Below, one piece after another: positions 9,689 through 20,483 of a stretch of DNA of 64,000 nucleotides (the stretch's first letter is position 1; every line of letters starts with the position of its first letter). The notes under the pieces are model-generated. The model saw only the letters and a list, made by a program, of their open reading frames with translations, was not told where the DNA came from and ran no database searches. The position numbers and the translations under genes are program-made. The stretch comes from Hyphomonadaceae bacterium (GTDB lineage Bacteria; Pseudomonadota; Alphaproteobacteria; Caulobacterales; Aquidulcibacteraceae), in assembly GCA_046349455.1 (NCBI GenBank), contig JAXMCH010000003.1:21140-85139 (forward strand), in the 5' to 3' direction.

Positions 9689-11080
9689 ATGGCACGCAAT
9701 TATAACATTCCCGAACTGCGTCGGCTCGACGTCGAACACCATCTTCCCGCGCAGGCCAATTACGGCGAACTGCAGAGCTTGGGCGGCAGCCGCATCATCA
9801 CGCACGCGGAAGGCTCAACCATCTATGATGGCGAAGGCAACGCGCTGCTTGATGGCATGGCGGGCTTGTGGTGCGTGAATGTTGGCTACGGTCGCGACGA
9901 ACTCGTGGACACGGCGACGCAGCAAATGCGCGAGCTGCCATTCTACAATACGTTCTTCAAAACGGCGACGCCACCGACGGTGATGCTTGCCGCCAAGATC
10001 GCGGAATTGCTGGGCGGCGATCTTCAGCACGTGTTCTTCAATTCATCGGGCTCGGAAGCTAACGACACGGTGATGCGCATGGTGCGTCACTATTGGAACG
10101 TCAGTGGTCAACCAAAGCGCACAATCTTCATCAGCCGCCGCAACGCGTATCACGGCTCAACGATGGCGGGCGCGAGCTTGGGTGGCATGAAAGCGATGCA
10201 CCCGATCGGCGGCTTGCCGATCCCCGGTGTCGAGCACGTTGCGCAGCCCTACAAATTCGGTGAAGGCTTCGGTGAAGACGAAGAGGCTTTCAGCGCGCGC
10301 TGCGCGCAAGAGATCGAAGACCGCATCTTGAAGGTCGGTCCCGAGAACGTTGCCGCCTTCATTGGCGAGCCAGTACAGGGCGCCGGCGGCGTGATCATCC
10401 CACCGAAGGGCTATTGGCAGCGTGTCGATGCGATCTGCAAGAAGTACGGCATTTTGCTGGTGATCGATGAAGTGATCTGTGGTTTTGGCCGCTTGGGCGA
10501 ATGGTTCGGATTCCAGCATTTCGGCGTAAAGCCGGATCTTGTGCCGATGGCCAAGGGTTTGTCGTCCGGCTATCTGCCGATCTCTGCTGTCGGCGTGTCA
10601 CACAAAATCGTGGAAGTGCTGCGCGAGAAGGGTGGCGATTTCGTCCATGGCTACACGTATTCCGGCCATCCCGTTGCCGCCGCCGTTGCGCTGAAGAACA
10701 TCGAGATCATCGAGCGCGAGGGTCTTGTCGGCCGCGTGAAGAAAGATATCGGACCATACTTCGCGGAGGCGCTGAAGCGCTTGAAGGACGATCCGCTGGT
10801 CGGCGAAGTGCGGTCGCTCGGCCTGCTCGGCGCCGTCGAGATCGTCTCGAAACCCGGCACGAACGAGCGTTTCACGGGTAAGGAAGGCAAAGCCGGCCCG
10901 GTGGTGCGCGACACCTGCATCAAGAACGGTCTAATGGTGCGCGGCATTCGCGATTCGATCGTGATGTGCCCGCCGCTGGTCATCACGCACGCCGAGATCG
11001 ATCGAATGGTCGACATCATCGCGCGGTCCCTGCGCGAGGCCGAGCCAGCGCTGCGTGCTCTGAAACCTGATCCCGAATAG
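9689..11080 (+). CDS. putrescine:pyruvate aminotransferase (SpuC-like class III)
   Basis: DGMAGLWCVNVGYGR, GEPVQGAGG, DEVICGFGR, MAKGLSSGY, HGYTYSGHP. Confidence 0.88.
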   Translation: MARNYNIPELRRLDVEHHLPAQANYGELQSLGGSRIITHAEGSTIYDGEGNALLDGMAGLWCVNVGYGRDELVDTATQQMRELPFYNTFFKTATPPTVMLAAKIAELLGGDLQHVFFNSSGSEANDTVMRMVRHYWNVSGQPKRTIFISRRNAYHGSTMAGASLGGMKAMHPIGGLPIPGVEHVAQPYKFGEGFGEDEEAFSARCAQEIEDRILKVGPENVAAFIGEPVQGAGGVIIPPKGYWQRVDAICKKYGILLVIDEVICGFGRLGEWFGFQHFGVKPDLVPMAKGLSSGYLPISAVGVSHKIVEVLREKGGDFVHGYTYSGHPVAAAVALKNIEIIEREGLVGRVKKDIGPYFAEALKRLKDDPLVGEVRSLGLLGAVEIVSKPGTNERFTGKEGKAGPVVRDTCIKNGLMVRGIRDSIVMCPPLVITHAEIDRMVDIIARSLREAEPALRALKPDPE

Positions 11081-11758
11081 TTAGGGTGAGATGCCGAGCT
11101 GGGCATCGAATCCAGCGCGCGCGATGAGGCCCATTCCGTCGGAGATATCGTGTGCGATTGCGTGACGGAGAGCCGGTGCATCTCCATCGACGATGGCGTG
11201 GATCGCAGCTTGGTGTGAGTCGTTTAGCGCGGCATTGGATACGCGCTCATATGCAACCCGCATGAACGGGCCGAACTGCACCCAGAGCATCTCGATCAAC
11301 TGAGTTTGCGTGCGTTTTTGCTGGGCGCGATAGATCGTGAAGTGGAAATTGTAGTTCGCGAGCACGTAGGCTTCCGCGTCGCCCCCCGCGATTGCCGCAT
11401 CGAGCGCGGAATCCGCGGCGCGTAATGTTGCAACGTGCGCGTCGGTAAGATGCGGCAGTGCGTCGGCTGCTGCATCTGGTTCCAACAACAGGCGGCAGTG
11501 CAGCAAATCGGCAAAGCGTTCGCGCGTCATTGGCGGCACACGCACCCGTCGCTTCGAGCGAATGGAAACTGCTCCCTCAGCGCAAAGGCGAGAAAGCGCA
11601 TCACGCACAGGCGTTTGGCTGACTCCGAGCTCAGCAGCGATGCTGCGCGTCGAAAGCTCGTGTCCCGGCCCCATGCGCCCCGTAACGAGCCGCTCCCGCA
11701 GCTCATTGTAAACCGAGGCGTTAAGGCCCGTTTCGGCCGTCGAGTCATTCTTGATCAT
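11081..11758 (-). CDS. GntR family regulator (FCD domain)
   Basis: LGVSQTPVRDAL winged HTH; R..LE..N..FH..H FCD motif. Confidence 0.9.
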   Translation of the reverse strand: MIKNDSTAETGLNASVYNELRERLVTGRMGPGHELSTRSIAAELGVSQTPVRDALSRLCAEGAVSIRSKRRVRVPPMTRERFADLLHCRLLLEPDAAADALPHLTDAHVATLRAADSALDAAIAGGDAEAYVLANYNFHFTIYRAQQKRTQTQLIEMLWVQFGPFMRVAYERVSNAALNDSHQAAIHAIVDGDAPALRHAIAHDISDGMGLIARAGFDAQLGISP

Positions 11759-12058
11759 GCGCGGCAGCTAACCCGATGGATTCTGAGAAAGCACGGAAAA
11801 ATGTGAGGTGAACGGTACTCAACGACGCGACGCGCGCGCTTGACTTGCCAAAGTGCGCCCAGCCATAGTGGCAATATCAGGTGACAAATGCGTTCCCGCG
11901 GCCTTCGCATGAAGGTGGATGGGTGCGGTCGGCACGCAGCTCTTCGCGGCTGCACATGCAAGATCGGACTGCGCCCGTTTGAAAGAAATTCAAATGCGGT
12001 TCGCGTGCGCCCTCATGGCGCCGAGTGCTTTCGCGCACCTGCGGATTGAGTGTGACTT

Positions 12059-13411
12059 ATGAACAAGAGTTTTTCGGACTGGATCAAGGATCGCGGCATC
12101 GGCGAGATCGAGTGCCTCATTCCAGATCTCAACGGGGTTATACGAGGCAAAGTGTTTCCGGCCCAGAAGTTCCTGCAAAGTGAGCGAGATGGTTCGCTGC
12201 GGATTCCGTCGAGCATCTATCTGCTAACCGTCACTGGCGAGTATGCCGACGACGCGGACGAAGCGATTTCGATGCAGGACCCGGACGTCGTGCTGCGTCC
12301 CGATATCGACACGATTTGTGTCGCGCCCGGCTACAAGACGCCGACGGCGTTCGTGTTCGCCGATACGTACCACACGAGCGGCGAACCCTATGACATCGCG
12401 CCGCGTTACGTCCTCCGCCGTGTGTTGAAGTTGTATGAAGAAGCGGGCTTGAAGCCGGTCGTTGCGCCGGAGTTGGAATTTTATCTGACCCAGGTCAACA
12501 CGGATCCTGATCTTCCGTTGATGCCGCCCGCTGGGCGTTCAGGCCGCTCGGAGACATCGCCGCAACCGTACGGGCTCGAAGCGATCACCGAGTATGAAGA
12601 TCTGATCGAGACGATCTACGAGCACGCCGAAGCCGCATCGCTTCATCTCGATACGATGATTCACGAAAGCGGCACTGCGCAGCTTGAGATCAATTTCAAT
12701 CACGGCGATCCGGTCCACGTGTCAGATCAGGTGCTTGTGTTCAAACGCATCGTGCGACAAGTGGCGCTGAAGCACGGCGTCTACGCGACCTTCATGGCCA
12801 AGCCGATGGAGAACCAACCCGGCAGTGCGATGCATCTGCACGTCTCGGTCGTGGATGCAAAGAAGGGCGCGAACCTCTTCGGCACAGAGGAGGGCGACGG
12901 CAATACTGAGATGTTCCGCAACTTCGTCGGCGGCTTACAGAAATACCTAGGCGACGTGACGCCGCTTTTTGCGCCGAACGTAAACTCGTTCCGCCGCATG
13001 CGCCCGGACTTCTCGGCGCCGATCAATTTGCAATGGGGTTACGACAACCGCTCGTGCGGCTTGCGCGTGCCGATTTCTCGGCCCGAAAATCGCCGCATCG
13101 AAAATCGCCTGCCTGGCGCTGATGCCAATCCATACTTGGCGATCGCGGCGGTGCTTGTGTGTGGCTACATTGGCATACGCGACAAGATCGCGCCGAACGA
13201 CATGGTGCAGGGCAGCGCCTATAAGTGGGCGCGCACGTTGCCGCGCACGCTGCGCGAAGGTCTCGATCGCTTCAAGGATTGCCAGCCGGTGATCGAGTTG
13301 CTGGGCGAGCATTTTTGTAGCGCGTTCCAGCAGATCAAGGATCATGAGCTCGGCAACTTCGAGGGTGTTATCAGCTCATGGGAGCGCGACCACCTGCTCT
13401 TGAAGGTCTAA
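12059..13411 (+). CDS. second glutamine synthetase-like gamma-glutamyl-polyamine ligase
   Basis: EIECLIPDLNG..RGK, APELEFYL, HESGTAQLEIN, FMAKP, WGYDNR, IENRLPGADANPY. Confidence 0.9.
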   Translation: MNKSFSDWIKDRGIGEIECLIPDLNGVIRGKVFPAQKFLQSERDGSLRIPSSIYLLTVTGEYADDADEAISMQDPDVVLRPDIDTICVAPGYKTPTAFVFADTYHTSGEPYDIAPRYVLRRVLKLYEEAGLKPVVAPELEFYLTQVNTDPDLPLMPPAGRSGRSETSPQPYGLEAITEYEDLIETIYEHAEAASLHLDTMIHESGTAQLEINFNHGDPVHVSDQVLVFKRIVRQVALKHGVYATFMAKPMENQPGSAMHLHVSVVDAKKGANLFGTEEGDGNTEMFRNFVGGLQKYLGDVTPLFAPNVNSFRRMRPDFSAPINLQWGYDNRSCGLRVPISRPENRRIENRLPGADANPYLAIAAVLVCGYIGIRDKIAPNDMVQGSAYKWARTLPRTLREGLDRFKDCQPVIELLGEHFCSAFQQIKDHELGNFEGVISSWERDHLLLKV

Positions 13412-13412
13412 G

Positions 13413-14696
13413 GTGAGCTTCAATTCCGGTTTGGAGATGGAGCGGTCATACTACGCCGCGACCGCGAACCCATTTCCGCCAGCGTCAAAACTCGAGGGAG
13501 AGGCGCAGGCGGACGTCGTTGTTATCGGCGGCGGCTACACGGGCTTGCACACGGCGCTGACAGCGGCTGAAGCGGGGCTCTCCGTAGTTCTGCTTGAGGC
13601 GGGGCGCATCGGGTGGGGCGCTTCTGGCCGCAACGGCGGGCAGCTCATTCCAGGTTGGCGAAAAGGCGCGACTGAGCTGGTGAAGCTCTATGGCGTTGAG
13701 CGCGCGCGGCTGTTGTTCGATCTTTCGCTGCGTGCGCGCGACATCGTGTTGGCGCGTGCGGCCATGCACGACATACGTTGCGACTTGTCGCTCAATGGTC
13801 ACCTATCCGCCGCAGCAAAGCCGAGCGACATAGCTTGGATGCGCGAAGAGGTCGAGACGCTCAAGCGCGTGATGAACTATCCGCACGCGCGAGTGCTTGA
13901 TGTTGAGGAAGCGCGCTCAAAGCTCGCGTCGCCAATTGCGCATGGCGCCTTGCTGGATGGCTATGGCGGTCACTTTCACCCACTCAACTATGCGCTTGGC
14001 TTGGCGGAGGCCGCGCGCCGGGCTGGCGTTACGCTCCACGAAGATTCACGCGCGCTTTCGATAGACACGAACAGCGGCGTTCATGTCCAGACTGCCGGCG
14101 GCGCGGTGCGCGCCAAGTATGGCGTGCTTGCCTGCGACGCCATGTTGGAAGGCTTGGAGCCGCGCATCGCGGGGCGCATCATGCCTGTCGCCAACTATCT
14201 CATCGCGACTGCGCCACTGCAGAATCCGTCTGCGTTGATCGCCGACAATCTTGCTGTCAGCGACACGCGCTTCGTCGTGAATTACTTCCGGATGAGCGCG
14301 GATGGCCGGCTCATTTTCGGCGGCGGCGAGCGCTATACGCCCCACCCGCCTGCTGACATCACGAGTTTCGTTAGGCCGTTCATGCTGAAGGTTTTCCCGC
14401 AGCTTGCGGACGTAGCGATCGACTATGCGTGGGGTGGGCTCGTTTCGATCAGCATGTCGCGGTTGCCGCACATCGGGCGCTTCGGAAATCTCTTCTTCGC
14501 GCATGGCTACTCGGGGCAGGGCACGATCCTCCCGGCGATCGTCGGCACCGCTATCGCGGAGGCGATCGAAGGCGATGCGCAATTGTTCGAGGTGTTGTCG
14601 GGTCTGGCGCCGCCCGAGTTTCCGGGAGGCGCGGCGCTGCGGGCGCCACTGCACGTCCTAGGTATGCTCTGGTACGCCCTGCGCGACCGGCTCTAA
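13413..14696 (+). CDS. puuB: FAD-dependent gamma-glutamylputrescine oxidase-like protein
   Basis: SYYAATA, VIGGGYTG, GASGRNGG, HPLNY, GYSGQG. Confidence 0.82.
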   Translation: MSFNSGLEMERSYYAATANPFPPASKLEGEAQADVVVIGGGYTGLHTALTAAEAGLSVVLLEAGRIGWGASGRNGGQLIPGWRKGATELVKLYGVERARLLFDLSLRARDIVLARAAMHDIRCDLSLNGHLSAAAKPSDIAWMREEVETLKRVMNYPHARVLDVEEARSKLASPIAHGALLDGYGGHFHPLNYALGLAEAARRAGVTLHEDSRALSIDTNSGVHVQTAGGAVRAKYGVLACDAMLEGLEPRIAGRIMPVANYLIATAPLQNPSALIADNLAVSDTRFVVNYFRMSADGRLIFGGGERYTPHPPADITSFVRPFMLKVFPQLADVAIDYAWGGLVSISMSRLPHIGRFGNLFFAHGYSGQGTILPAIVGTAIAEAIEGDAQLFEVLSGLAPPEFPGGAALRAPLHVLGMLWYALRDRL

Positions 14697-15325
14697 CGCA
14701 ACGCAGCCGCTTGCTTAGCCGCCGCTTCGATCGCCGCCCAATCGCCGCTACGAATTTTGTCGGCTGGCGCGATCCATGATCCGCCGACGCACAATACGTT
14801 GTCGAGCGCGAGATAGGCGGGCGCCTTTTCGGGCGTGATCGAACCGGTTGGGCAGAAGCGGGTATCCGGCAGCGGTCCAGCTTGCGCCTTCAACGCGTTG
14901 ACGCCGCCCAGCTGCTCAGCCGGGAAAAACTTAAAACAGCGATACCCAAGTTCACGCCCGCGCATGATTTCGCTCGATGTCGCGACGCCCGGGATGAAGG
15001 GGATCGAAGCTTTGCGCGCGGCCTTGAGGAGTTTCGATGTGCCGCCAGGCGAGAGCGCATAGCGCGCACCGGCATCGATGGCGGCGTTGAGATCGTCAGC
15101 CGTGAGCACTGTGCCGGCGCCCACGATCATGTCGGGCGCGCTCTTTGCAATGGCGCGAATTGCGTCGAGCGCGGCGGGCGTGCGCAGCGTGACCTCGATT
15201 GTCTTGATGCCGCTCGCGAGCAGCACGCGCGCCAACGGCTCCGCATGGCCGATATCGTCGATGACGACAACCGGCATCACCGGCGACAGTCGCAGGACAT
15301 CCTCTGGCAGCAGCTTGTCGCTCAT
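14693..15325 (-). CDS. eda: KDPG/KHG aldolase
   Basis: IEVTLRT, VGAGTV, FKFFPA, FCPTG, VGGSW. Confidence 0.95.
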   Translation of the reverse strand: MSDKLLPEDVLRLSPVMPVVVIDDIGHAEPLARVLLASGIKTIEVTLRTPAALDAIRAIAKSAPDMIVGAGTVLTADDLNAAIDAGARYALSPGGTSKLLKAARKASIPFIPGVATSSEIMRGRELGYRCFKFFPAEQLGGVNALKAQAGPLPDTRFCPTGSITPEKAPAYLALDNVLCVGGSWIAPADKIRSGDWAAIEAAAKQAAALR

Positions 15326-16317
15326 CGCCTCACGTCCGAGCCGGAGTCTGAGAGATAAAATTCCACGTCCGCGACCGTTGAGAGGTTGAAGTCGCCAGGA
15401 ATGTAGTGCTTGAGGCAGGCGGCGGCGAGGGCGAAGTCGAGTGTCTTATCGTCCGGATAGCCGGAATTCAGGCCATGCAGCAGGCCTGCGGCGAACGCGT
15501 CGCCACCGCCGATACGATCCACGATGCCACTGACAGCATGCGCGCGCGCCGCAACACCGCCGCTGCGCGTGTGCATATGCGCCGAAAGTTCGTGCTGGTC
15601 GGCGCTGACGATTTTGCGCTCGGTGTAGGCGATGCGCTTGAGGTTTGGGTAGCGGGCAAATGCGATGTTCGCCGCTTGCGTGTTGCTGCTGGGCTTATCG
15701 CCGGTGATGAGCGCGATGTCGCGGCTTTCGGCGAAGACGAGGTCAGCCTCAGCAAAGAGCGCGTCTAATGTCGGTCGAGGATCGCCGCCGCGCGCTTCCC
15801 AGAGCTTGGCGCGAAAGTTGGCGTCGTAGGAAACTTTGACGCCCGCGGCGCGCGCTGCTTTGGCCGCGCGCAGCGCCGCTTCGGCGCCATTGGCGCTCAC
15901 AGCTGGTGTCACGCCGGAAACGTGGAGCCAATCGGCGCCAGCAAGCGCCACCTTCCAATCGATTGCATCAGCGGCAGCGAGCGCGAAGGCGGAGTGCGCG
16001 CGATCGTAGAGCACGTCGGACGGGCGCAGCCCCGCGCCAGGCGTCAGGAAATAGAGCCCCATGCGGCCATCGCCGGTGCGCACGTGCTGTGTGCCCACGT
16101 TCCAGCGGCAGAGTTCTGCGAGCGCGCCGTGCGCAAGCGCATTGTCTGGGACAACGCTTGCGACTTGTGCGTCGTGACCAAAGCGCGCCAACGAAACTGC
16201 AACATTCGCTTCGGCGCCGCCAATGTGTGTTTCGAGGCGCGGCGTCTGCAGCATGAGTTCGCGGCCCGGCGCCGAGAGCCGGATCAGGATTTCACCGAAG
16301 CAAACGATGCGCGCCAC
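15322..16317 (-). CDS. kdgK: 2-dehydro-3-deoxygluconokinase (PfkB family)
   Basis: GGAEANVA, YDR..SAF, NFRAKLW, VDRIGGGDAF. Confidence 0.92.
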   Translation of the reverse strand: MARIVCFGEILIRLSAPGRELMLQTPRLETHIGGAEANVAVSLARFGHDAQVASVVPDNALAHGALAELCRWNVGTQHVRTGDGRMGLYFLTPGAGLRPSDVLYDRAHSAFALAAADAIDWKVALAGADWLHVSGVTPAVSANGAEAALRAAKAARAAGVKVSYDANFRAKLWEARGGDPRPTLDALFAEADLVFAESRDIALITGDKPSSNTQAANIAFARYPNLKRIAYTERKIVSADQHELSAHMHTRSGGVAARAHAVSGIVDRIGGGDAFAAGLLHGLNSGYPDDKTLDFALAAACLKHYIPGDFNLSTVADVEFYLSDSGSDVRR

Positions 16318-16337
16318 GTGATCCTCTTAAAGCTCGC

Positions 16338-17096
16338 TCAGCGCGCGAGCCATCCCCCGTCGACCGGAATGATCGCGCCATGCACGTAATCTGAGGCGCT
16401 GCTCGCCAAGAACACCGCCGCGCCGCCGAGGTCTGAAGCTGCACCCCAGCGCCCCGCCGGGATGCGATCGAGGATTTGCTGGTTGCGGGCTTTGTCGGCG
16501 CGCAGGGCTTCGGTGTTGTCGGTCGTCATGTAGCCCGGCGCGATGGCGTTGACGTTGACGCCTTTGCCGGCCCACTCGCACGCCAGCAATTTGGTGATTC
16601 CGGCGAGGCCGCTTTTGCTTGCCGTGTAGGAGGGCACGCGGATGCCGCCTTGGAAGGAGAGCATCGAGGCGATGTTGATGATCTTGCCGCTGCCGCGCTG
16701 GATCATGTGGCGGCCAGCAGCTTGCGCGAGAAAGAACGCGGACTTTAGGTTTGTGTCGATCACCGCATCCCAGTCTTCTTCGGTGAAGTCGACGGAATCG
16801 TTGCGGCGAATGATGCCCGCGTTGTTGACCAGAATATCAATCTTGCCGAACGCACTGAGCGCCTGTTCGATGACGCCGGCGATGGGCGCGGTCGAACCGA
16901 GATCAGCCTCGATCGAGAGAAACTTGCGGCCGAGAGCTTTGACTTGCGCGCCGGTTTCCGCCGCGGGTCTGCGGCTGGTGCTCGCGACATCTGCGCCAGC
17001 CTGCGCAAGTGCAAGCGCGATCGCTTGGCCGAGCCCGACGTTGCCGCCGGTGACGAGCGCGGATTTGCCTTCGAGGCTGAACAGATTGCCGCTCAT
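16338..17096 (-). CDS. kduD: 2-deoxy-D-gluconate 3-dehydrogenase
   Basis: NNAGIIRR, ASMLSFQGGIRVPSYTASK, VDGGWLAR. Confidence 0.95.
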   Translation of the reverse strand: MSGNLFSLEGKSALVTGGNVGLGQAIALALAQAGADVASTSRRPAAETGAQVKALGRKFLSIEADLGSTAPIAGVIEQALSAFGKIDILVNNAGIIRRNDSVDFTEEDWDAVIDTNLKSAFFLAQAAGRHMIQRGSGKIINIASMLSFQGGIRVPSYTASKSGLAGITKLLACEWAGKGVNVNAIAPGYMTTDNTEALRADKARNQQILDRIPAGRWGAASDLGGAAVFLASSASDYVHGAIIPVDGGWLAR

Positions 17097-17105
17097 GGCT
17101 CTATC

Positions 17106-17747
17106 TTACGACGCGCGTACGCGACGCACATAGTCGGCAATAGCTGTGTCTTGGGCGTTGGCGAAGAAGAGGTCTTCAAAGCGCTCGCCCGCGATCGCGG
17201 ATTTCAGCAGCTCTTGATCGACCGATTTCAGCACCGTCAGCATGTCCTTGCAGGACGCTGCTTTCAGCTCTTTTAGGATGCCGCGGTTCTTCGCCATGAT
17301 TTGCGCGCGCTCCTTCGGGTAGCCGAGGCCGCGCTCGCCGTCGAAGAGCTTGCGATAGCAATCTTGCAGATTGAGTTCGGCGGCCCAGCCGAAGCCCTTG
17401 GCGTACGGCATGGCGATGGCGTTGCCGTCATTGATCTGGCCGAACAAGAAGGCATCGGTCGGGTCGGCGATGAGGCCGCAGAACACGCCGGGCATTGCAT
17501 TGCATGCGAGCATCGAACCCATGCCGGTGCCGCAACCGGTGACCACGAAGTCCGCCGCTTTGGAGTTGAGCAGGATGCCGGCGAGAAGACCGTTCATTAC
17601 GTACGTGAGCGAGGCCTTGTCTTCGGCCGTGTACATTCCGTAGTGGTGAACCTGATGGCCCAACGGCTCGGCCACCGATTTCAGCGCGTCATGAACGATG
17701 CTGCTCTTGGCCGCTTGGCTGTTCTCGATAATGAGCGCGATCTTCAT
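17106..17747 (-). CDS. RpiB/LacAB-family isomerase (DhuI-like DKI isomerase)
   Basis: MKIALIIENSQAAK, VTGCGTG.G, PYAKGFGWAAELNL; lies directly upstream of kduD. Confidence 0.85.
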   Translation of the reverse strand: MKIALIIENSQAAKSSIVHDALKSVAEPLGHQVHHYGMYTAEDKASLTYVMNGLLAGILLNSKAADFVVTGCGTGMGSMLACNAMPGVFCGLIADPTDAFLFGQINDGNAIAMPYAKGFGWAAELNLQDCYRKLFDGERGLGYPKERAQIMAKNRGILKELKAASCKDMLTVLKSVDQELLKSAIAGERFEDLFFANAQDTAIADYVRRVRAS

Positions 17748-17772
17748 AGCAGGCTCCCTACATTTCCCGCCT

Positions 17773-17799
17773 TGGTAACCGGTGTCAGAATCCGTTTCA
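17773..17799. promoter_or_regulatory. tandem LacI-family operator candidates
   Basis: TGGTAACCGGTGTCA (quasi-palindrome centred on CCGG) followed by GAATCCGTTTCA, between the lacI-type gene and the isomerase start. Confidence 0.6.
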
Positions 17800-17820
17800 A
17801 GCGGCTTCCCCTGTGCTTCC

Positions 17821-18894
17821 TCAGCGGGGGGCGGGGCCGGTCGAGTCCCGGACGACCAGGGCCGGCGAGGTGGTGGGGGCAGCTTCCCGCAGGTGGGCCT
17901 CTTCCTCGCCTTCGTCACTCAATCCAATGAGCTTTTCAGCCGCCATGCGCCCAATTTCGCGCGTCGGCGTGCGCACAGTAGTCAGCGGCGGCCAGACGCT
18001 GGAGGCGATCTGGAAGTCGTCGAAGCCGACCACGGAAACGTCCTCTGGGCAGTTCAGCCCTGCTCGACGGATGGCGTGCAGCACGCCGGCGGCCATTTCG
18101 TCGTTGGCGGCGAAGATGGCAGTGGGGCGAGGGCTCCGCTTGAGCAGCTCCGCGCCGCAGGAGATGCCGCTATCGAAGGTGTAGGCGCCTTGCATAATGT
18201 GCGTGTCAGGCAGCTTCAGTTTGCGGTCCTTCAGCTCTTCCTCAAAGCCGCCGCGCCGTTCGTGTGACGAGCGGAAGCTCGGCGGGCCCGAGATGAAGCC
18301 GATCGTGGTGTGGCCGAGTTCGGCGAGGTGCCGGGCCGCGGCGCGCCCACCCATGCGATCGTTCGAAACGATGATGTGCTCGGGCTCATCGACCGGCACC
18401 GAGGCAATGCGGATGTAGGCGCAGCCCACTTCATCCAGGATCGCCTTCACGCGATCATCCTCAGATACCGAGGGCGTCAGCACCACCCCGGACAATTTCT
18501 GACGCTCGATGAAGCGGCGAAAGTCCGCGAGGAATGTCGGTTTGCCGCGATTGCAGGGATGGACGACGAGCTCGTAACCGGAGCCGCGCATGGCGTCCAG
18601 CATGCCCAACTGCATATTCACGACGTATTGCGGGTTCGGGTTGTCATAGACGAGCCCGATCAGGAATGAACGTCGAAAGGCGAGCCCACGCGCCTGCGGG
18701 TCGGGCGAAAAGCCGATCTCGGCGATGATGGCGTTGATCTTCTCGCGCGTCTCGTCCTTCACGAATGGCGACTGATTGATGACACGCGACACGGTCTTCT
18801 TGGACACGCCGGCCAGGCGCGCCACGTCGTTGATGGTGGGCTTTTTTTCCCCGCCCAGGCCGCGCCTCGGGGGTGGGTTGTCGTCATCAGCCAT
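17821..18894 (-). CDS. LacI family transcriptional regulator
   Basis: PTINDVARLAGVSKKTVSRVIN HTH; SVVGFDD, PPLTTV. Confidence 0.93.
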   Translation of the reverse strand: MADDDNPPPRRGLGGEKKPTINDVARLAGVSKKTVSRVINQSPFVKDETREKINAIIAEIGFSPDPQARGLAFRRSFLIGLVYDNPNPQYVVNMQLGMLDAMRGSGYELVVHPCNRGKPTFLADFRRFIERQKLSGVVLTPSVSEDDRVKAILDEVGCAYIRIASVPVDEPEHIIVSNDRMGGRAAARHLAELGHTTIGFISGPPSFRSSHERRGGFEEELKDRKLKLPDTHIMQGAYTFDSGISCGAELLKRSPRPTAIFAANDEMAAGVLHAIRRAGLNCPEDVSVVGFDDFQIASSVWPPLTTVRTPTREIGRMAAEKLIGLSDEGEEEAHLREAAPTTSPALVVRDSTGPAPR

Positions 18895-19015
18895 TGGCCG
18901 GACCATAGGCGCCGCGAACCATAAATGGCAACGCAATTGTCGCGGGACATTTTTTTCGCGACAGACGCTTGCGCCCCTGTTTGCGCGCGAGAGCGAACAC
19001 TAGTTTGCTTAATGC

Positions 19016-20479
19016 ATGGCCGAGTTCATTCCCGTTCCCCCGTTCGACCTAGTGGTTTTTGGCGCGACCGGCGACCTTTCGCTGCGCAAACTCTTCCCGT
19101 CACTGCTGCACCGCTTTCTGGACGGTCAGATCCCGCCGCAGTCGCGGATCATCGGTGTCGCGCGATCCGATCTCGATACGGTGGCGTTCCGCAAGATGGT
19201 GCATGAGAGCCGTGGCAAGTTCTCGCCGGATGCTTGCGTCGATGAAGCCAAGTGCGCGGAATTCCTACGGCACGTCGAGTATGCGCGCGTCGATGCGACG
19301 GCGCCGGCGAGCGAGTGGAGCGCGCTGAAGAGTGCACTCGATAACGGCAACGGCAATGTACGTATCTTCTATCTCTCCACGGCGCCATCTCTGTTCGTCA
19401 CCATTGCGCAGCGGTTGAAGGAGTCGAGCATCGCGACGCCGGACTCGCGCATTGTTCTGGAGAAGCCGATCGGCCGCGATCTGGCATCCTCGCGTCAAAT
19501 CAACGAAGGCGTTGGCGCGGTGTTTGAGGAACGCAATACGTTCCGCATCGATCATTATCTCGGCAAAGAGACCGTTCAGAATCTGCTGGTGCTGCGCTTT
19601 GCGAATATGCTGGTGGAGCCCGTATGGTCACGCGCCACGATAGATCACGTGCAGATTACGGTGGCGGAGGAGATCGGCGTCGAAGGCCGCGCAGACTACT
19701 ACGATAAGTCCGGTGCGCTGCGCGACATGGTGCAGAACCACATTTTGCAGCTTCTCTGCTTGGTCGCGCTTGAATCGCCCAACTCGATGGATGCGGATGC
19801 GATCCGCACAGAGAAGCTCAAGGTTCTTTCGGCGCTGAGACGTGTCGGGCCGAATGACATCGCCTCCAAGACTGTGCGTGGTCAATACAGGGCCGGACTT
19901 GTCGGCGGCCAGAAAGCAGCTGGCTACGCGGAAGAAGTTGGCAAGGCGACGCGCACGGAGACGTTTGTCGCGATAAAGGCTGAAGTCGATAATTGGCGCT
20001 GGGCCGGCGTGCCTTTCTACCTTCGCACGGGCAAGCGCATGGGCACGCGCCGCTCCGAGATCGTCGTGCAGTTCAAGGACACGCCGGTCTCTATCTTTGG
20101 ATCGAGCGTTGCCGCAAATCGCCTTGTATTGCGGTTGCAGCCGGACGAGGGCGTGCGGCTCTGGCTCAACATGAAGGAGCCGGGGCCAGGCGGTCTGCGC
20201 ATCAAGGCGGCGCCGCTTGATCTCACATTCGAGGATGCGTTCGGTGTGCGTTACCCGGACGCGTATGAGCGTCTCTTGATGGACGTCGTCCGGGGCAACC
20301 TTTCGCTGTTCATGCGTCGTGACGAAGTGGATGCGGCGTGGCGCTGGGCTGATGAGTTGCTGGCCGCATGGGATGCATCGGGCGCGGAGCCGTTCGGGTA
20401 CGCGTCTGGCTCAAATGGTCCGACACAATCGGCGCTATTGCTCGATCGGGACGGGCGCGCGTGGTGGGATCCGGAGTAA
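19016..20479 (+). CDS. zwf: glucose-6-phosphate 1-dehydrogenase
   Basis: [34 protein letters not shown]. Confidence 0.97.
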   Translation: MAEFIPVPPFDLVVFGATGDLSLRKLFPSLLHRFLDGQIPPQSRIIGVARSDLDTVAFRKMVHESRGKFSPDACVDEAKCAEFLRHVEYARVDATAPASEWSALKSALDNGNGNVRIFYLSTAPSLFVTIAQRLKESSIATPDSRIVLEKPIGRDLASSRQINEGVGAVFEERNTFRIDHYLGKETVQNLLVLRFANMLVEPVWSRATIDHVQITVAEEIGVEGRADYYDKSGALRDMVQNHILQLLCLVALESPNSMDADAIRTEKLKVLSALRRVGPNDIASKTVRGQYRAGLVGGQKAAGYAEEVGKATRTETFVAIKAEVDNWRWAGVPFYLRTGKRMGTRRSEIVVQFKDTPVSIFGSSVAANRLVLRLQPDEGVRLWLNMKEPGPGGLRIKAAPLDLTFEDAFGVRYPDAYERLLMDVVRGNLSLFMRRDEVDAAWRWADELLAAWDASGAEPFGYASGSNGPTQSALLLDRDGRAWWDPE

Positions 20480-20483
20480 GCCG